Positions 42,128 to 51,048 of a stretch of DNA of 64,000 nucleotides are shown here, one piece after another. This DNA comes from Candidatus Omnitrophota bacterium. Its GTDB lineage: Bacteria > Omnitrophota > Gorgyraeia > Gygaellales > Profunditerraquicolaceae. The DNA lies in NCBI GenBank assembly GCA_963805065.1, contig CAWDSS010000010.1, forward strand, positions 275,696 to 339,695, in the 5' to 3' direction. Within the stretch, counting starts at the first letter, position 1, and every line of letters starts with the position of its first letter. The position numbers and the translations under genes were made by a program. The notes under the pieces are model-generated. The model saw only the letters and a program-made list of their open reading frames with translations. It was not told where the DNA came from and searched no databases.

Positions 42128-42796
42128 TTATAGCCCCCTTATCCCGCTGTATACAAAATATGCGCCTATTGCAATTAAAAATATTGCCACTGTCTTTTTG
42201 ATATATTCCATCCACTTGCCGGATTTAGGCAGATTAATTAAAAGAGAGCTAAAAGCTCCGATTAAAATCAATATCAAGCCCATGCCATAGGCAAAACTTA
42301 ACAGAAGTAAGGTTCCGTAAACCAAATTCTTTTTTGTGGTTAAATAAAATAATATTGAACCTAAGACCGGTGTCAGGCAGGGAGATGCCACTAATCCTGA
42401 ACTTAGCCCTAAAACAAAAGCAGAAAAATAATTCCCTTTATCATGCTTGTGTAATTTGATTACGGGGTAAAACGGTACAATAAATAAATCCAGCATGGAT
42501 ACACCGAATAAAATCATGATTATACCTACAATAATATGGGTAATAGGATTAGTGCTGATCATTCCGAAAATCGAACCGGTCAGCGATGCCAATAGCCCCA
42601 GCATGGCGTAAGTTACAGCTACGCCGCTAACATAGATGAAACTTAAAATCAAACCTTTAAATTTGGATCCGGCTGCATTTACTCCGATATAGCCGGCGGT
42701 TATGGGTATGAGAGGATAGATACAGGGAGTTAAGCTTATCGTTACTCCCCCTAAAAATGCCCTTAGATAATCCAAGGAATCAGCTGAGAGAATCAT
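42128..42796 (-). CDS. ccdA: cytochrome c biogenesis / thiol-reductant transporter CcdA (DsbD core)
   Basis: 222 aa and 6 TM helices, with conserved PCIYPLIP and SPCLTPVLG cysteines. Confidence 0.85.
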   Translation of the reverse strand: MILSADSLDYLRAFLGGVTISLTPCIYPLIPITAGYIGVNAAGSKFKGLILSFIYVSGVAVTYAMLGLLASLTGSIFGMISTNPITHIIVGIIMILFGVSMLDLFIVPFYPVIKLHKHDKGNYFSAFVLGLSSGLVASPCLTPVLGSILFYLTTKKNLVYGTLLLLSFAYGMGLILILIGAFSSLLINLPKSGKWMEYIKKTVAIFLIAIGAYFVYSGIRGL

Positions 42797-43091
42797 TTAT
42801 CCAGTTTAAATAAGGTTTAAACCCGCCTATTATAGGTACGGCAATAATTTCAGGAACTTCGTAAGTATGCCGCGACTTAACAACTTTGATGATTTTAGCT
42901 AATTTTTCTTTTTTAGATTTTATAATCATCAGGGTTTCATTCGCGTGCTCGATTTTATTCTGCCAGCGGAATATTGATTCTATTTTTTCAACTATATTTA
43001 CGCAGGCAACGAGTTTTTTCTTTAGAAGTTCGCTAGCAATAGCCTTGGCTTGTTTTTTATGAGAAACGGTTATGAAGATAACAATGTGCAC
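42780..43091 (-). CDS. cutA: divalent-cation tolerance protein CutA
   Basis: 103 aa: LVACVNI....SIFRWQNKIE...E..MIIKS...YEVPEII. Confidence 0.8.
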   Translation of the reverse strand: MHIVIFITVSHKKQAKAIASELLKKKLVACVNIVEKIESIFRWQNKIEHANETLMIIKSKKEKLAKIIKVVKSRHTYEVPEIIAVPIIGGFKPYLNWINDSLS

Positions 43092-43094
43092 CTT

Positions 43095-43331
43095 TTATGC
43101 TCCTTGTTCATTTACTTTAATTGCCTTGATCCTGCCGAATTGTGAACAGATATCGAAAATCATCGTCGGGTCTTCGGTATTAACATTGATTTTAAAATCC
43201 CTGCCCGCACCTTTCGTCACTTCGCAATTATGGATTTCCAAGTATTCTGCGAATTCGGTCAGAGAATTCTTTATTGCATCTTCTGAGATATTATAAGTGG
43301 TAATGATAAATTCAAGAAAATACTTTTGCAT
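43095..43331 (-). CDS. small hypothetical protein
   Basis: 78-aa ORF in the operon context. No motif was recognised. Confidence 0.35.
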   Translation of the reverse strand: MQKYFLEFIITTYNISEDAIKNSLTEFAEYLEIHNCEVTKGAGRDFKINVNTEDPTMIFDICSQFGRIKAIKVNEQGA

Positions 43332-43343
43332 ACGAGAGAATTT

Positions 43344-44078
43344 TCACTTTAGCATTATAACAGACATGAGCCTGCCGCAGGATTTTCCTTCTTTACGGAA
43401 AGAAAAAAAATCTTCATTCCTGCAAGAAGTGCAAATTTGAGAATCCCGCATATTCATTTCTTTAACTCCGCAGTCCTGTGCCTGTATTTTATTTACCTTA
43501 ACTAAATCCAGGTAAAAACGTCCTTGTTTTTGCGATACCTCTTTGGGGAAAAAATCCATAAAATCCTTAGCCACTTCACAACAACAGTTTCTTATGTCCG
43601 GGCCAAAAGAAACATGCAAGTTTACGGCCTTAGTATTAAAAGTCTCCTGCATTAAATTTATGGTTTTGGCTAAAATTCTTTCTTTGGAGCTACGCCATCC
43701 AGCATGGACCAGGCCTATGGCAGGAATCAGGGGATCAAATAAAAATATGGATAGGCAATCAGCAGTAAACACAGCCAACGGCACATCTTTCTTATCGGTA
43801 ATAAAAGCATCTGTCGCTTCTATGGAAGTATCGTGTGTTAAAGCGCCACTGCCCGTATCTTTTTCAGTTACGTACCTTGTGTTACTGCTATGAATTTGTT
43901 TTGCACAGACTAAAGACTGGTAATCTATGCCCAGGTTAACCAGGAAATTCTGTCTATTCTTCAAAGAATGGCTTGTGTCTCCATAAGATAAAGACATGTT
44001 GCCCAGGATGCGAGAACTGAATCCTGCAATAACACTTGAATCAACCAGATTAAAAATTTGTTCATGTGCTAATTTCAA
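43344..44078 (-). CDS. pgeF: YfiH/PgeF (DUF152, laccase-domain) family protein
   Basis: 244 aa: DAFITDKKDVPLAVFTADC, HAGWRS, CTSC. Confidence 0.85.
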   Translation of the reverse strand: MKLAHEQIFNLVDSSVIAGFSSRILGNMSLSYGDTSHSLKNRQNFLVNLGIDYQSLVCAKQIHSSNTRYVTEKDTGSGALTHDTSIEATDAFITDKKDVPLAVFTADCLSIFLFDPLIPAIGLVHAGWRSSKERILAKTINLMQETFNTKAVNLHVSFGPDIRNCCCEVAKDFMDFFPKEVSQKQGRFYLDLVKVNKIQAQDCGVKEMNMRDSQICTSCRNEDFFSFRKEGKSCGRLMSVIMLK

Positions 44079-44280
44079 TAATTTTTTCCCTCGATTTATG
44101 GCCTTTAATGATTTTTACCTGGTATTTTCTTACGTTAAAGAATTCCGACAATAGTTTAATAAGCTGTTCATTGGCGAGGTTGTCTTGCGCCGGCTTGGTA
44201 AGGTAAGCCTTGAAATGGCTATTTTCTTTTTTAACTAAGTTCCTGCTGGATTTCGGCGCGACACGCACATTTATAATCAT
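44062..44280 (-). CDS. DUF167 (YggU) family protein
   Basis: 72 aa: INVRVAPKSSRN...KPAQDNLANEQLIKLLSEFF.V.K..V.I.KG.KSREK. Confidence 0.7.
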   Translation of the reverse strand: MIINVRVAPKSSRNLVKKENSHFKAYLTKPAQDNLANEQLIKLLSEFFNVRKYQVKIIKGHKSREKIIEIST

Positions 44281-45248
44281 TCCTGCTTGGATTCAATCTG
44301 CTGCCTTTGGGCGGTCAGGCTTAATTTATCTTTAAACTGGCTTAATTTCTGATTTGCGTCGTTGTATTTGTTTGAGGCTTTAGAAAGGTGGCCGCCCACC
44401 AGCTCAAAATCTTCCTGGAATTTTTTAAAGTCTATCTCCAGCCTTCCTAATTCGGAAAATATTTTCTGGATATTCTTCTGGATATTCATCCCTCTTAGCC
44501 CGTAAAGTATTGCCTGGAGGTAGGCATAAAACGTATTGGGAGAAACAAATACGATTTTTCTCGTCTTGGCATAATTGCTCAGCTCCTCATCCCTGCTAAT
44601 CTGATAATATATCGCTTCGGCAGGAATGTACATCAGGGCAAAATCAAAAGTTGACTCGTCAGGCAGGATATATTTGGAGGCAACTTCATCAATGCGGCCC
44701 TTTACATCGCGCACAAACACGCGGTAAGTTGATTTCTTTTCATCTTCGGAGTTACTTTCGGAAAACTTTTTGAAATTTTCTAAAGGGAATTTTGCATCAA
44801 TGGAAATCAGGTTTGCACCGATTACAATCGCCGCATCCGCGATATCGCCGCTTTTAAAACGGTGTTGCAGTTTTATATTTTCCTTCGGTAGAATTTCTTC
44901 CAGTAATTTTCCCAATAAAGTCTCTCCTACTTCACCTCTAAATTTCGGCGCGCGTAAGAGATCCTGCAAACTGGTAATATTTTTACTTATTTCAATAATT
45001 TGTTTATTGGTTTCTTCGAGCTTGCCTAAGCTTCTTTGCACATCTCCGAAAACTTTAGTAGCTGAATCCAGCCTTTCACCCACTGTCTTATGGCCCTCCT
45101 GGACCGCCTGATACGCCTCCTTAAGGCGCTCGTTAAGCTGCTGGGTGATAGAATTCAACTGCTGATTCACCTGAGCCGAAATTTTCTGGACAAGAAAAAT
45201 CACCGCTATAAGCCCAATGGCAAAAATTCCTGCGATTATCCAAATCAT
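44277..45248 (-). CDS. rmuC: DNA recombination protein RmuC
   Basis: 323 aa with an N-terminal TM, a coiled coil, and the RmuC core (FRGEVGETLL, IDAKFPLE, ALMYIPAEAIY). Confidence 0.85.
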   Translation of the reverse strand: MIWIIAGIFAIGLIAVIFLVQKISAQVNQQLNSITQQLNERLKEAYQAVQEGHKTVGERLDSATKVFGDVQRSLGKLEETNKQIIEISKNITSLQDLLRAPKFRGEVGETLLGKLLEEILPKENIKLQHRFKSGDIADAAIVIGANLISIDAKFPLENFKKFSESNSEDEKKSTYRVFVRDVKGRIDEVASKYILPDESTFDFALMYIPAEAIYYQISRDEELSNYAKTRKIVFVSPNTFYAYLQAILYGLRGMNIQKNIQKIFSELGRLEIDFKKFQEDFELVGGHLSKASNKYNDANQKLSQFKDKLSLTAQRQQIESKQE

Positions 45249-45278
45249 AAGGTTATTATATCACCATCCCTTATTTTC

Positions 45279-45998
45279 TTAAAGTAAATAATCCTGTTTT
45301 ATCCTTTTAACGCTTTTAAAGATATTGGTTTTTATTTCGGGGCAGGTTCTTTTCAAATCGCTGATAATCTTTGCCATTTTCGTGCGGTTGGAAATTATGG
45401 AATTGGGGCAAGCGCAGGTTTCAAGCGGAAGTTTTTCTTCTTTGGCAAAGCGCTTAGTCATATATTCTTCTACATAGGCAAGTGGACGGATAATAGTAAT
45501 TTTCCCTTTAAACAATTCCTGCTTGGGCGCCATGGCTGAAATTTCTCCCTGGAAAAATAAGTTCAAAAGAATTGTTTCTACGATATCATCCTTATGATGA
45601 CCCAGGGCAACTTTAGTGCAGCCAAAACGGTTAGCTACTTCAAATAAGGCTTTCCTTCTATTCCAAGAACACCAAAAACAATTTATGTCTTTCTTGTTAG
45701 TTTTTTTTAATACATCAACTTTCTCAATATGATATTTGACGCCTATTTTCTTGAAATATTTCACTAACTTTTTGGCGCAGGAACGCGGATAACCCAAATC
45801 AATATGCACAGCCAAAATATCATATTTTATGGGCACAAATTTCTTCCGGTCATGCAATATGCGTAGCAGCGTAAGGCTATCCTTGCCGCCTGAAACTGCC
45901 ACCGCAATCTTATCGCCTTCGGAGAGCATCTTGTAATCCATAATCGCCCTCCCTATGCGCTTAGAAATATAAAACTCCGGACCTTGTAGAACTGCCAT
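45279..45998 (-). CDS. ttcA: PP-loop ATPase, tRNA 2-thiocytidine synthase TtcA family
   Basis: 239 aa with the PP-loop VAVSGGKDSLTLL and Cys motifs CFWCSW and CACPN. Confidence 0.8.
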   Translation of the reverse strand: MAVLQGPEFYISKRIGRAIMDYKMLSEGDKIAVAVSGGKDSLTLLRILHDRKKFVPIKYDILAVHIDLGYPRSCAKKLVKYFKKIGVKYHIEKVDVLKKTNKKDINCFWCSWNRRKALFEVANRFGCTKVALGHHKDDIVETILLNLFFQGEISAMAPKQELFKGKITIIRPLAYVEEYMTKRFAKEEKLPLETCACPNSIISNRTKMAKIISDLKRTCPEIKTNIFKSVKRIKQDYLL

Positions 45999-46017
45999 TT
46001 TAAACCTTTCTATCGTC

Positions 46018-46243
46018 TAATGAATCTGTCGGTTTTCTCGCTCAGCACGATTTTGCCCCTTTGGGGCACGCCAATGATCTTTCGTTCTTCGGCGGCTGCT
46101 GAACTCGTCGCATTTGCTCTAGCAAATGCTCCTCAAACAGCATCGCCGTGCCAGTGTTGTCGCTTCGCTCCACTGGCATTCCCTCATCACTCAAGCTCCA
46201 TTGGCTAAAATCGTGATTCGCTCGAAAACACGCCAGATTCATT
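46018..46243. repeat. GC-rich long-hairpin element with terminal inverted repeats, copy 2 (226 nt)
   Basis: The ends are TAATGAATCTGTCGGTTTTC ... GAAAACACGCCAGATTCATT. The interior is branched: CACGATTTT/AAAATCGTG, GCCCC-TTT-GGGGC, GCATTTGC-TCTA-GCAAATGC, GCCAGTG/CACTGGC. It ends 20 nt upstream of the ttcA start. Confidence 0.7.
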
Positions 46244-46288
46244 TTTGCTATAACGCTATAGCTATATTTATAGTTCGGGTGTTATATC

Positions 46289-47263
46289 CTAAATGTAGGA
46301 TTTATACATAGGTTCGCTTCTTATAAATTGGCGATCTTTTGAAATTATAACCTCTTGAAATGAATAACTTTTTTCCTCGTGTGTTTCTAGTAATAGCTTT
46401 ATTTTGATATCTTTTTTAAAACTCAAAGTGATATGATCAAAAACTGTTGGAGAATTTGGATATAAAGGTCTCCGAAGAAGCTCAAACTGAAAAGCTTTTA
46501 TGCAATTAGAATTTATACTGGTAACATCAGTACTCTTTTCACTTTTAATGATTACATTTGAATCTTGACCTTCATGAAGTCTAAAGGTTAAAATTGAAGT
46601 TAAATGAGTTCCGGGTTTATTACCAAAATTATTGTAAACAACTCTTAACTTACCCTCTATAGAATCTTCTTTTTCCTCCCAAGTTTCTGGTTCTAGATTA
46701 ATGTTAATCCGAGGTATTATTTTTTCCTCAATCAGCTTCAAAGTTTCAACAAAAGGGATTTGTGTAGTCTCATCTCCTATCCTACGATAAGCGCGATCTT
46801 CTAATCTTGAGAAATAAACAACATTCAAATCTATTGGATGAATTTCTATAATAAAAATGTTTTCTTTCTTTTGGATTTCGATCTTCTCAATTTCAACTGA
46901 TGGGAAAGTAGAATAAAGAGGAATAGAAGTCAAATTGGCTATTATCCATTTTCTTATTTGATCATCATCTTTAATCAATTCTTCCTTGATGGGGATAATA
47001 TCTATGGGAAATCCATCTTTTTCACTCAACCCCAAAAATAAGACGCCTCCTTCTGAAATAAATTTATTGAGGAACCCAACTAAGGGCTTGATGATTATTT
47101 GTTTAGAATGGTCATCACGTATTGATATATTCTTAAATGTTTTACATTCAAATATCGTTGATTCTTTATATTTGCAATCTATTATATTATTTTTTATATC
47201 TACTTTATTAATATTATTCTCTTTTCCAAATATATCTTTCATTAATCTTCTTGAATTCATCAT
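46289..47263 (-). CDS. AlbA_2 (Schlafen-like divergent-AAA/DNA-binding) domain protein with unknown C-terminal domain
   Basis: 324 aa and very AT-rich. The N-terminal half fits the AlbA_2 pattern (ESTIFECKTFKN...LVGFLNKFISEGGVLFLGLSEKDG...IFIIEIHPIDLNVVYFS..DRAYRRIGDETTQIP). The C-terminal ~140 aa are unassigned. Confidence 0.55.
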   Translation of the reverse strand: MMNSRRLMKDIFGKENNINKVDIKNNIIDCKYKESTIFECKTFKNISIRDDHSKQIIIKPLVGFLNKFISEGGVLFLGLSEKDGFPIDIIPIKEELIKDDDQIRKWIIANLTSIPLYSTFPSVEIEKIEIQKKENIFIIEIHPIDLNVVYFSRLEDRAYRRIGDETTQIPFVETLKLIEEKIIPRININLEPETWEEKEDSIEGKLRVVYNNFGNKPGTHLTSILTFRLHEGQDSNVIIKSEKSTDVTSINSNCIKAFQFELLRRPLYPNSPTVFDHITLSFKKDIKIKLLLETHEEKSYSFQEVIISKDRQFIRSEPMYKSYI

Positions 47264-47578
47264 TTATCTCCTTCCATAAATTTTATGCGTTTCGCTGAAG
47301 ACGCTCCAGAAAATTTTCGCTGCGTAAGCGGGTGACTTGGCTGATTTCCGAGCAGGGCATGGAGGCAAGGAGCGGGCACGGTTCCCGCATCCGGCTCCTA
47401 AATTAAAAAAATGGATTTATACACGGCCCGGATGCGGGAGAGCGACGCAGCCGACCTGAGCGAAGTTTTGCCTCGCAGGGGCAAAACGAGCGTCCCTGCG
47501 AGGAAACAGCCAAGGCAACACCCGGCTCTAAAGGATGAGCCGGTGCGCCGCCTCCTGCGGCGGGACCCGCAAAAAAAG
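47264..47578. other. GC-rich, hairpin-dense non-coding region (candidate structured RNA or 5' leader)
   Basis: A 12-bp stem pairs 47383-47394 with 47428-47439. Two mutually exclusive hairpins pair 47465-47472 with 47480-47487 and 47471-47480 with 47494-47503. A further stem is CCGGCTC-N8-GAGCCGG. There is no credible ORF. Confidence 0.5.
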
Positions 47579-49321
47579 CTATATTCTACCAGAATCAGAA
47601 ATCATGCTACGGATTTCTTTGGTTACTTTGTGCTTTAATAATTCCTCGAGGGAAATTGGAATAGTTAAGGACCAGTTTTTGTTGCTGATTGTGCCGGGGA
47701 AATTAATCCTGTATTGGTAAGGATCGCCCTTAAACACATCAGTAAGATACAGGTAGTCTACGATGGTATTGATGCAAAGGCGTGCATTGGAATTAAGGGT
47801 TATTTTTAATACTGCTTTAACAATCTCGGCATCGGACTTCTCGCGCATCTTTCCTTTTAATCCCAAATGTTTCCATAGCTTTTCTTTCTCCTGGTAGGAA
47901 TTAAGGTACAAGTCTATAAAATCACCGACTTCTCCCCTGTTTTTACCCAGGCTAGATACGAGCTTTTCTTGGGAATCAATGCTGTCAAGCCAACGCAGCC
48001 TGCCATGGCAAGAGCGGGCCTTGTCAAAAAGCAAGCCCTTTACAGAATCATAATCTATTTTTCTGTCTTTGCATTTTCTCAAAAATAAATCCTCATCAAT
48101 AGTGCCTGCCTCATTTTCCCACCAGGCAGGCCAGTTGGTTGTATCATGTGTGGATAACATTGCCACTGAAAGCGCGCGGTATTCTGCCGGTTCAAGAAAA
48201 TCATGCAACACATTCCAGTCTTTTACCCAACGCTGGACATCATTGCCAGGAATTCCTAGTTCTTTTAAAGTATCTGTGCAAACTTTAGGTATAATCCCTA
48301 GATCTTCAGCGCATAAGCTCATTTTCGTGCTTGCCTGTATCAGGGATAATATGTGTTTACCCTGCCCCAGCCATTTGCTTTCATCAACAGGATCGAAGAA
48401 ACCGTTTAAACCCTGATTCTCTAACGGTTCATTATAAGAAATGCTCCAGATACGGAATAAGCCCACAACATGGTCTATTCTTAAAATATCGTAGAAATTC
48501 TCGGCGTATTTTAATTTTTCTTTTAAATACTTATAATCATCGGCTGCAATCCTCGCCCAATCATAAGTAGGCATGCCCCAACGCTGCCCCTTAGCACAAT
48601 ACATATCGGGAGGCGCTCCGGCGGCAAAATCCAATTTGAAATACTCTGGATACGACCAGACATCCGCGCTGTCTCTGGAAACCAAAATCGGCAGGTCACC
48701 TTTTAATAAAACTTTTCTCGAAGCAGCGTAAACTTTGACTTCTTTGAACTGCTTAAATGCTAACCACTGCATCCAACTCTGAAATTCTATTTCGCAAAGA
48801 TGTTCGTTTTTAAAACTCTCCAATGCCTGGGCTTTGCGGTTCCTGTATTTTTCCTGCCAATCCCACCAGGCTAACCCTTGGTGATAATCTTTGAGCGCTT
48901 TAAACAGGGAAAAATCAGCCAGCCAATAAGAATTCTGGTTCTTGAATTTATCAAATTCTGAATTTAATTTGGGGCGAGAAACAAAAATTTCCCGCAAGAT
49001 TTTGATTTTTTCATTTTTTAACGAATAGTCTACATATGGTTTTACATCCGGGAAGGATTTTTTTAAAGCTGCTTGTTTGGCGGCGGTGAGCGAAATGTAA
49101 ACTGGCTCAAGCGCAAAAGAACTTACCGAATCATAGGGGCAAAACAGCGACCCTACTTCGTTCATGGGCAAAAGCTGTATTATGCTATTACCGGTTTTCC
49201 TGGCCCAATCTACAATAAGTTTGATGTCTGATAAATCCGCCAGCCCTGCGCTTTTTTGGGAATATACGCAGAAAAGGGGAACTAAAACCCCGGCCCTTTT
49301 TTGTAACTTTACCTGTTGCAT
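47579..49321 (-). CDS. malQ: 4-alpha-glucanotransferase (GH77 amylomaltase)
   Basis: 580 aa: RAGVLVPLF, LRIDHVVGLFR, GIIPKV..T...LGIPG, STHDT. Confidence 0.88.
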   Translation of the reverse strand: MQQVKLQKRAGVLVPLFCVYSQKSAGLADLSDIKLIVDWARKTGNSIIQLLPMNEVGSLFCPYDSVSSFALEPVYISLTAAKQAALKKSFPDVKPYVDYSLKNEKIKILREIFVSRPKLNSEFDKFKNQNSYWLADFSLFKALKDYHQGLAWWDWQEKYRNRKAQALESFKNEHLCEIEFQSWMQWLAFKQFKEVKVYAASRKVLLKGDLPILVSRDSADVWSYPEYFKLDFAAGAPPDMYCAKGQRWGMPTYDWARIAADDYKYLKEKLKYAENFYDILRIDHVVGLFRIWSISYNEPLENQGLNGFFDPVDESKWLGQGKHILSLIQASTKMSLCAEDLGIIPKVCTDTLKELGIPGNDVQRWVKDWNVLHDFLEPAEYRALSVAMLSTHDTTNWPAWWENEAGTIDEDLFLRKCKDRKIDYDSVKGLLFDKARSCHGRLRWLDSIDSQEKLVSSLGKNRGEVGDFIDLYLNSYQEKEKLWKHLGLKGKMREKSDAEIVKAVLKITLNSNARLCINTIVDYLYLTDVFKGDPYQYRINFPGTISNKNWSLTIPISLEELLKHKVTKEIRSMISDSGRI

Positions 49322-49334
49322 AGGTAGTTATAAA

Positions 49335-50144
49335 TTAAAAACCTATAATTAAGCGTATTATTTTATCAGCCCAGAACAAAGAAATCAAAGCAGCTAGAGA
49401 CAAAAACGGGCCGTAAGGTATGGTATGGTCTTTTTTGATAATGAGATTTACTAAGCCGATTATCGCTCCAAAGAAAGGAGCGAGGAAAAAAGTCAATACT
49501 GCCCTTTTCCAGCCTAAGAATGCGCCGATTGCCGCCAATAGCTTTACATCCCCTCCTCCCATGGATTCAGTCTCACCCTGGATAGGGGCTTTTTTGAGCA
49601 ATTTAAAATACACCAAATCAAAAATAAGGCCTGTGAGATAAATTATGCCTCCTCCGATTATTATTCCGGCAAAGGAACTTAGCATGGACTTAGGATTTAG
49701 AGAAAACGGGTGCAGGTTAATGCCCCTAACCGAACTTAATATAAAACCAATAATTATTCCGCCTACTGAAATTTCATCCGGTATAATGCGGTGTTCTATG
49801 TCCACGAATGTTGCTATAATCAAGCCGCAGGCAAATAGAAGATAAAAAATAAAATTATAACTTAGGCCGTAGCGGCTATAGAATAGCACGAATATTATGG
49901 CCGTTAATAATTCTACCAATGGATACTTTAAGGAAATCTTCTGTTTACAATAACGGCATTTGCCTTTTAATAACAGGAAGCTTAAAAAAGGTATGTTATC
50001 ATAACCGGGAATCCTTTTCTTGCATTTAGGACAATGCGAACGCGGCCAGACAATTGACTCACCCAGCGGCATCCTGTGGATACAAACATTTAAGAAACTA
50101 CCGACTATAGAGCCAAAAATAAAAACAATAATTTTCTCTAACAT
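49335..50144 (-). CDS. pilD: prepilin peptidase (A24 family)
   Basis: 269 aa with an N-terminal CPKC...CRYC zinc motif, polytopic TM helices and the conserved GGGDVKLL aspartate motif. Confidence 0.88.
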   Translation of the reverse strand: MLEKIIVFIFGSIVGSFLNVCIHRMPLGESIVWPRSHCPKCKKRIPGYDNIPFLSFLLLKGKCRYCKQKISLKYPLVELLTAIIFVLFYSRYGLSYNFIFYLLFACGLIIATFVDIEHRIIPDEISVGGIIIGFILSSVRGINLHPFSLNPKSMLSSFAGIIIGGGIIYLTGLIFDLVYFKLLKKAPIQGETESMGGGDVKLLAAIGAFLGWKRAVLTFFLAPFFGAIIGLVNLIIKKDHTIPYGPFLSLAALISLFWADKIIRLIIGF

Positions 50145-51007
50145 AACTTATCCTCTCCTCCTTGTCCACTCTGTAATAACGCATCCCACATCACATCTTT
50201 TGGAGCCTTCTGGACTGTCCAAATCTCAAAACTGGCCATCGCTTGATACAAAAGCATACCCAGGCCGTTAGAGGCATTTGCCCCGCATTTTTTTGCCAGG
50301 GCCAGCAATTTTGTTTCTTTAGGGTTATAGATTAAATCATAAACCAAAAGCCCGGCATGAAGGCTTTTTTCCTCAACCAGGCAATGGTCGCTTGCTTTCA
50401 TGCCCATAGGCGTAGCATTAACCAATAAATCCGCCTCCTCAATACCTAATTTATCGGCTGAGCTTACAGGATTAAATTCTATGTGATTAAAATTTGCCTT
50501 CAGGTGATTAACTAAGGTCAAAAGTTTAGCGCCATCAACGTCGTAAATGGAGAGCTTCTTGGGATTAAGCCTACACAAGCCGACTGAAACTGCCCTGCTG
50601 GCTCCTCCTGCTCCTATAATGGCAATGCTCTTTGCTGCAGGATCAAACCTCAAGTCCTGGGTCAGGTGCTTTAGGAAACCATCTGCGTCGGTATTGAAAC
50701 CTTCGAGGGCTTTATCCCCAATTTTAATAGTATTGACTGCTCCGATTAACTTGGCTTCAGCGGAAATGCTAGTAAGAAAAGGAATGACTTTTTCTTTGTA
50801 AGGCACCGTGACATTCAGGCCACTGATATTTCCTTTTGATAACGAATGCATAAAAACATCCAGGTCTTTCGGTTCTATCTCAAAGACTTGATACTTTGCG
50901 TCTATGTTTAAAGCGCTGAATGCTGCATTATGCATTAAGGGTGAAAGACTATGCCTGGAAGGAAACCCTAATACTCCGTAGATTTTAGTGGCCAAAGTTT
51001 TTTCCAT
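50138..51007 (-). CDS. aroE: shikimate dehydrogenase
   Basis: 289 aa: SLSPLMHNAAF, NVTVPYK, GAVNT, GAGGASRAV. Confidence 0.9.
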   Translation of the reverse strand: MEKTLATKIYGVLGFPSRHSLSPLMHNAAFSALNIDAKYQVFEIEPKDLDVFMHSLSKGNISGLNVTVPYKEKVIPFLTSISAEAKLIGAVNTIKIGDKALEGFNTDADGFLKHLTQDLRFDPAAKSIAIIGAGGASRAVSVGLCRLNPKKLSIYDVDGAKLLTLVNHLKANFNHIEFNPVSSADKLGIEEADLLVNATPMGMKASDHCLVEEKSLHAGLLVYDLIYNPKETKLLALAKKCGANASNGLGMLLYQAMASFEIWTVQKAPKDVMWDALLQSGQGGEDKLC

Positions 51008-51048
51008 TTACCCCCGCACCAATTAGAATATTACTATCATGTAGAGTC

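Noticed and set aside
47492-47517. An SRP (4.5S) RNA helix-8-like motif: GTCC..GGAAACAGCCAAGGCA resembles GUCCGGAAGGAAGCAGCCAAGGCAG.
   Set aside because: The 5' strand does not provide the matching symmetric-loop/GGU pairing. The apical loop is not a GNRA tetraloop. The same nucleotides are engaged in a strong 10-bp alternative helix, and the flanks do not form the long closing hairpin expected of 4.5S RNA. An Rfam scan would still be needed to exclude it formally.
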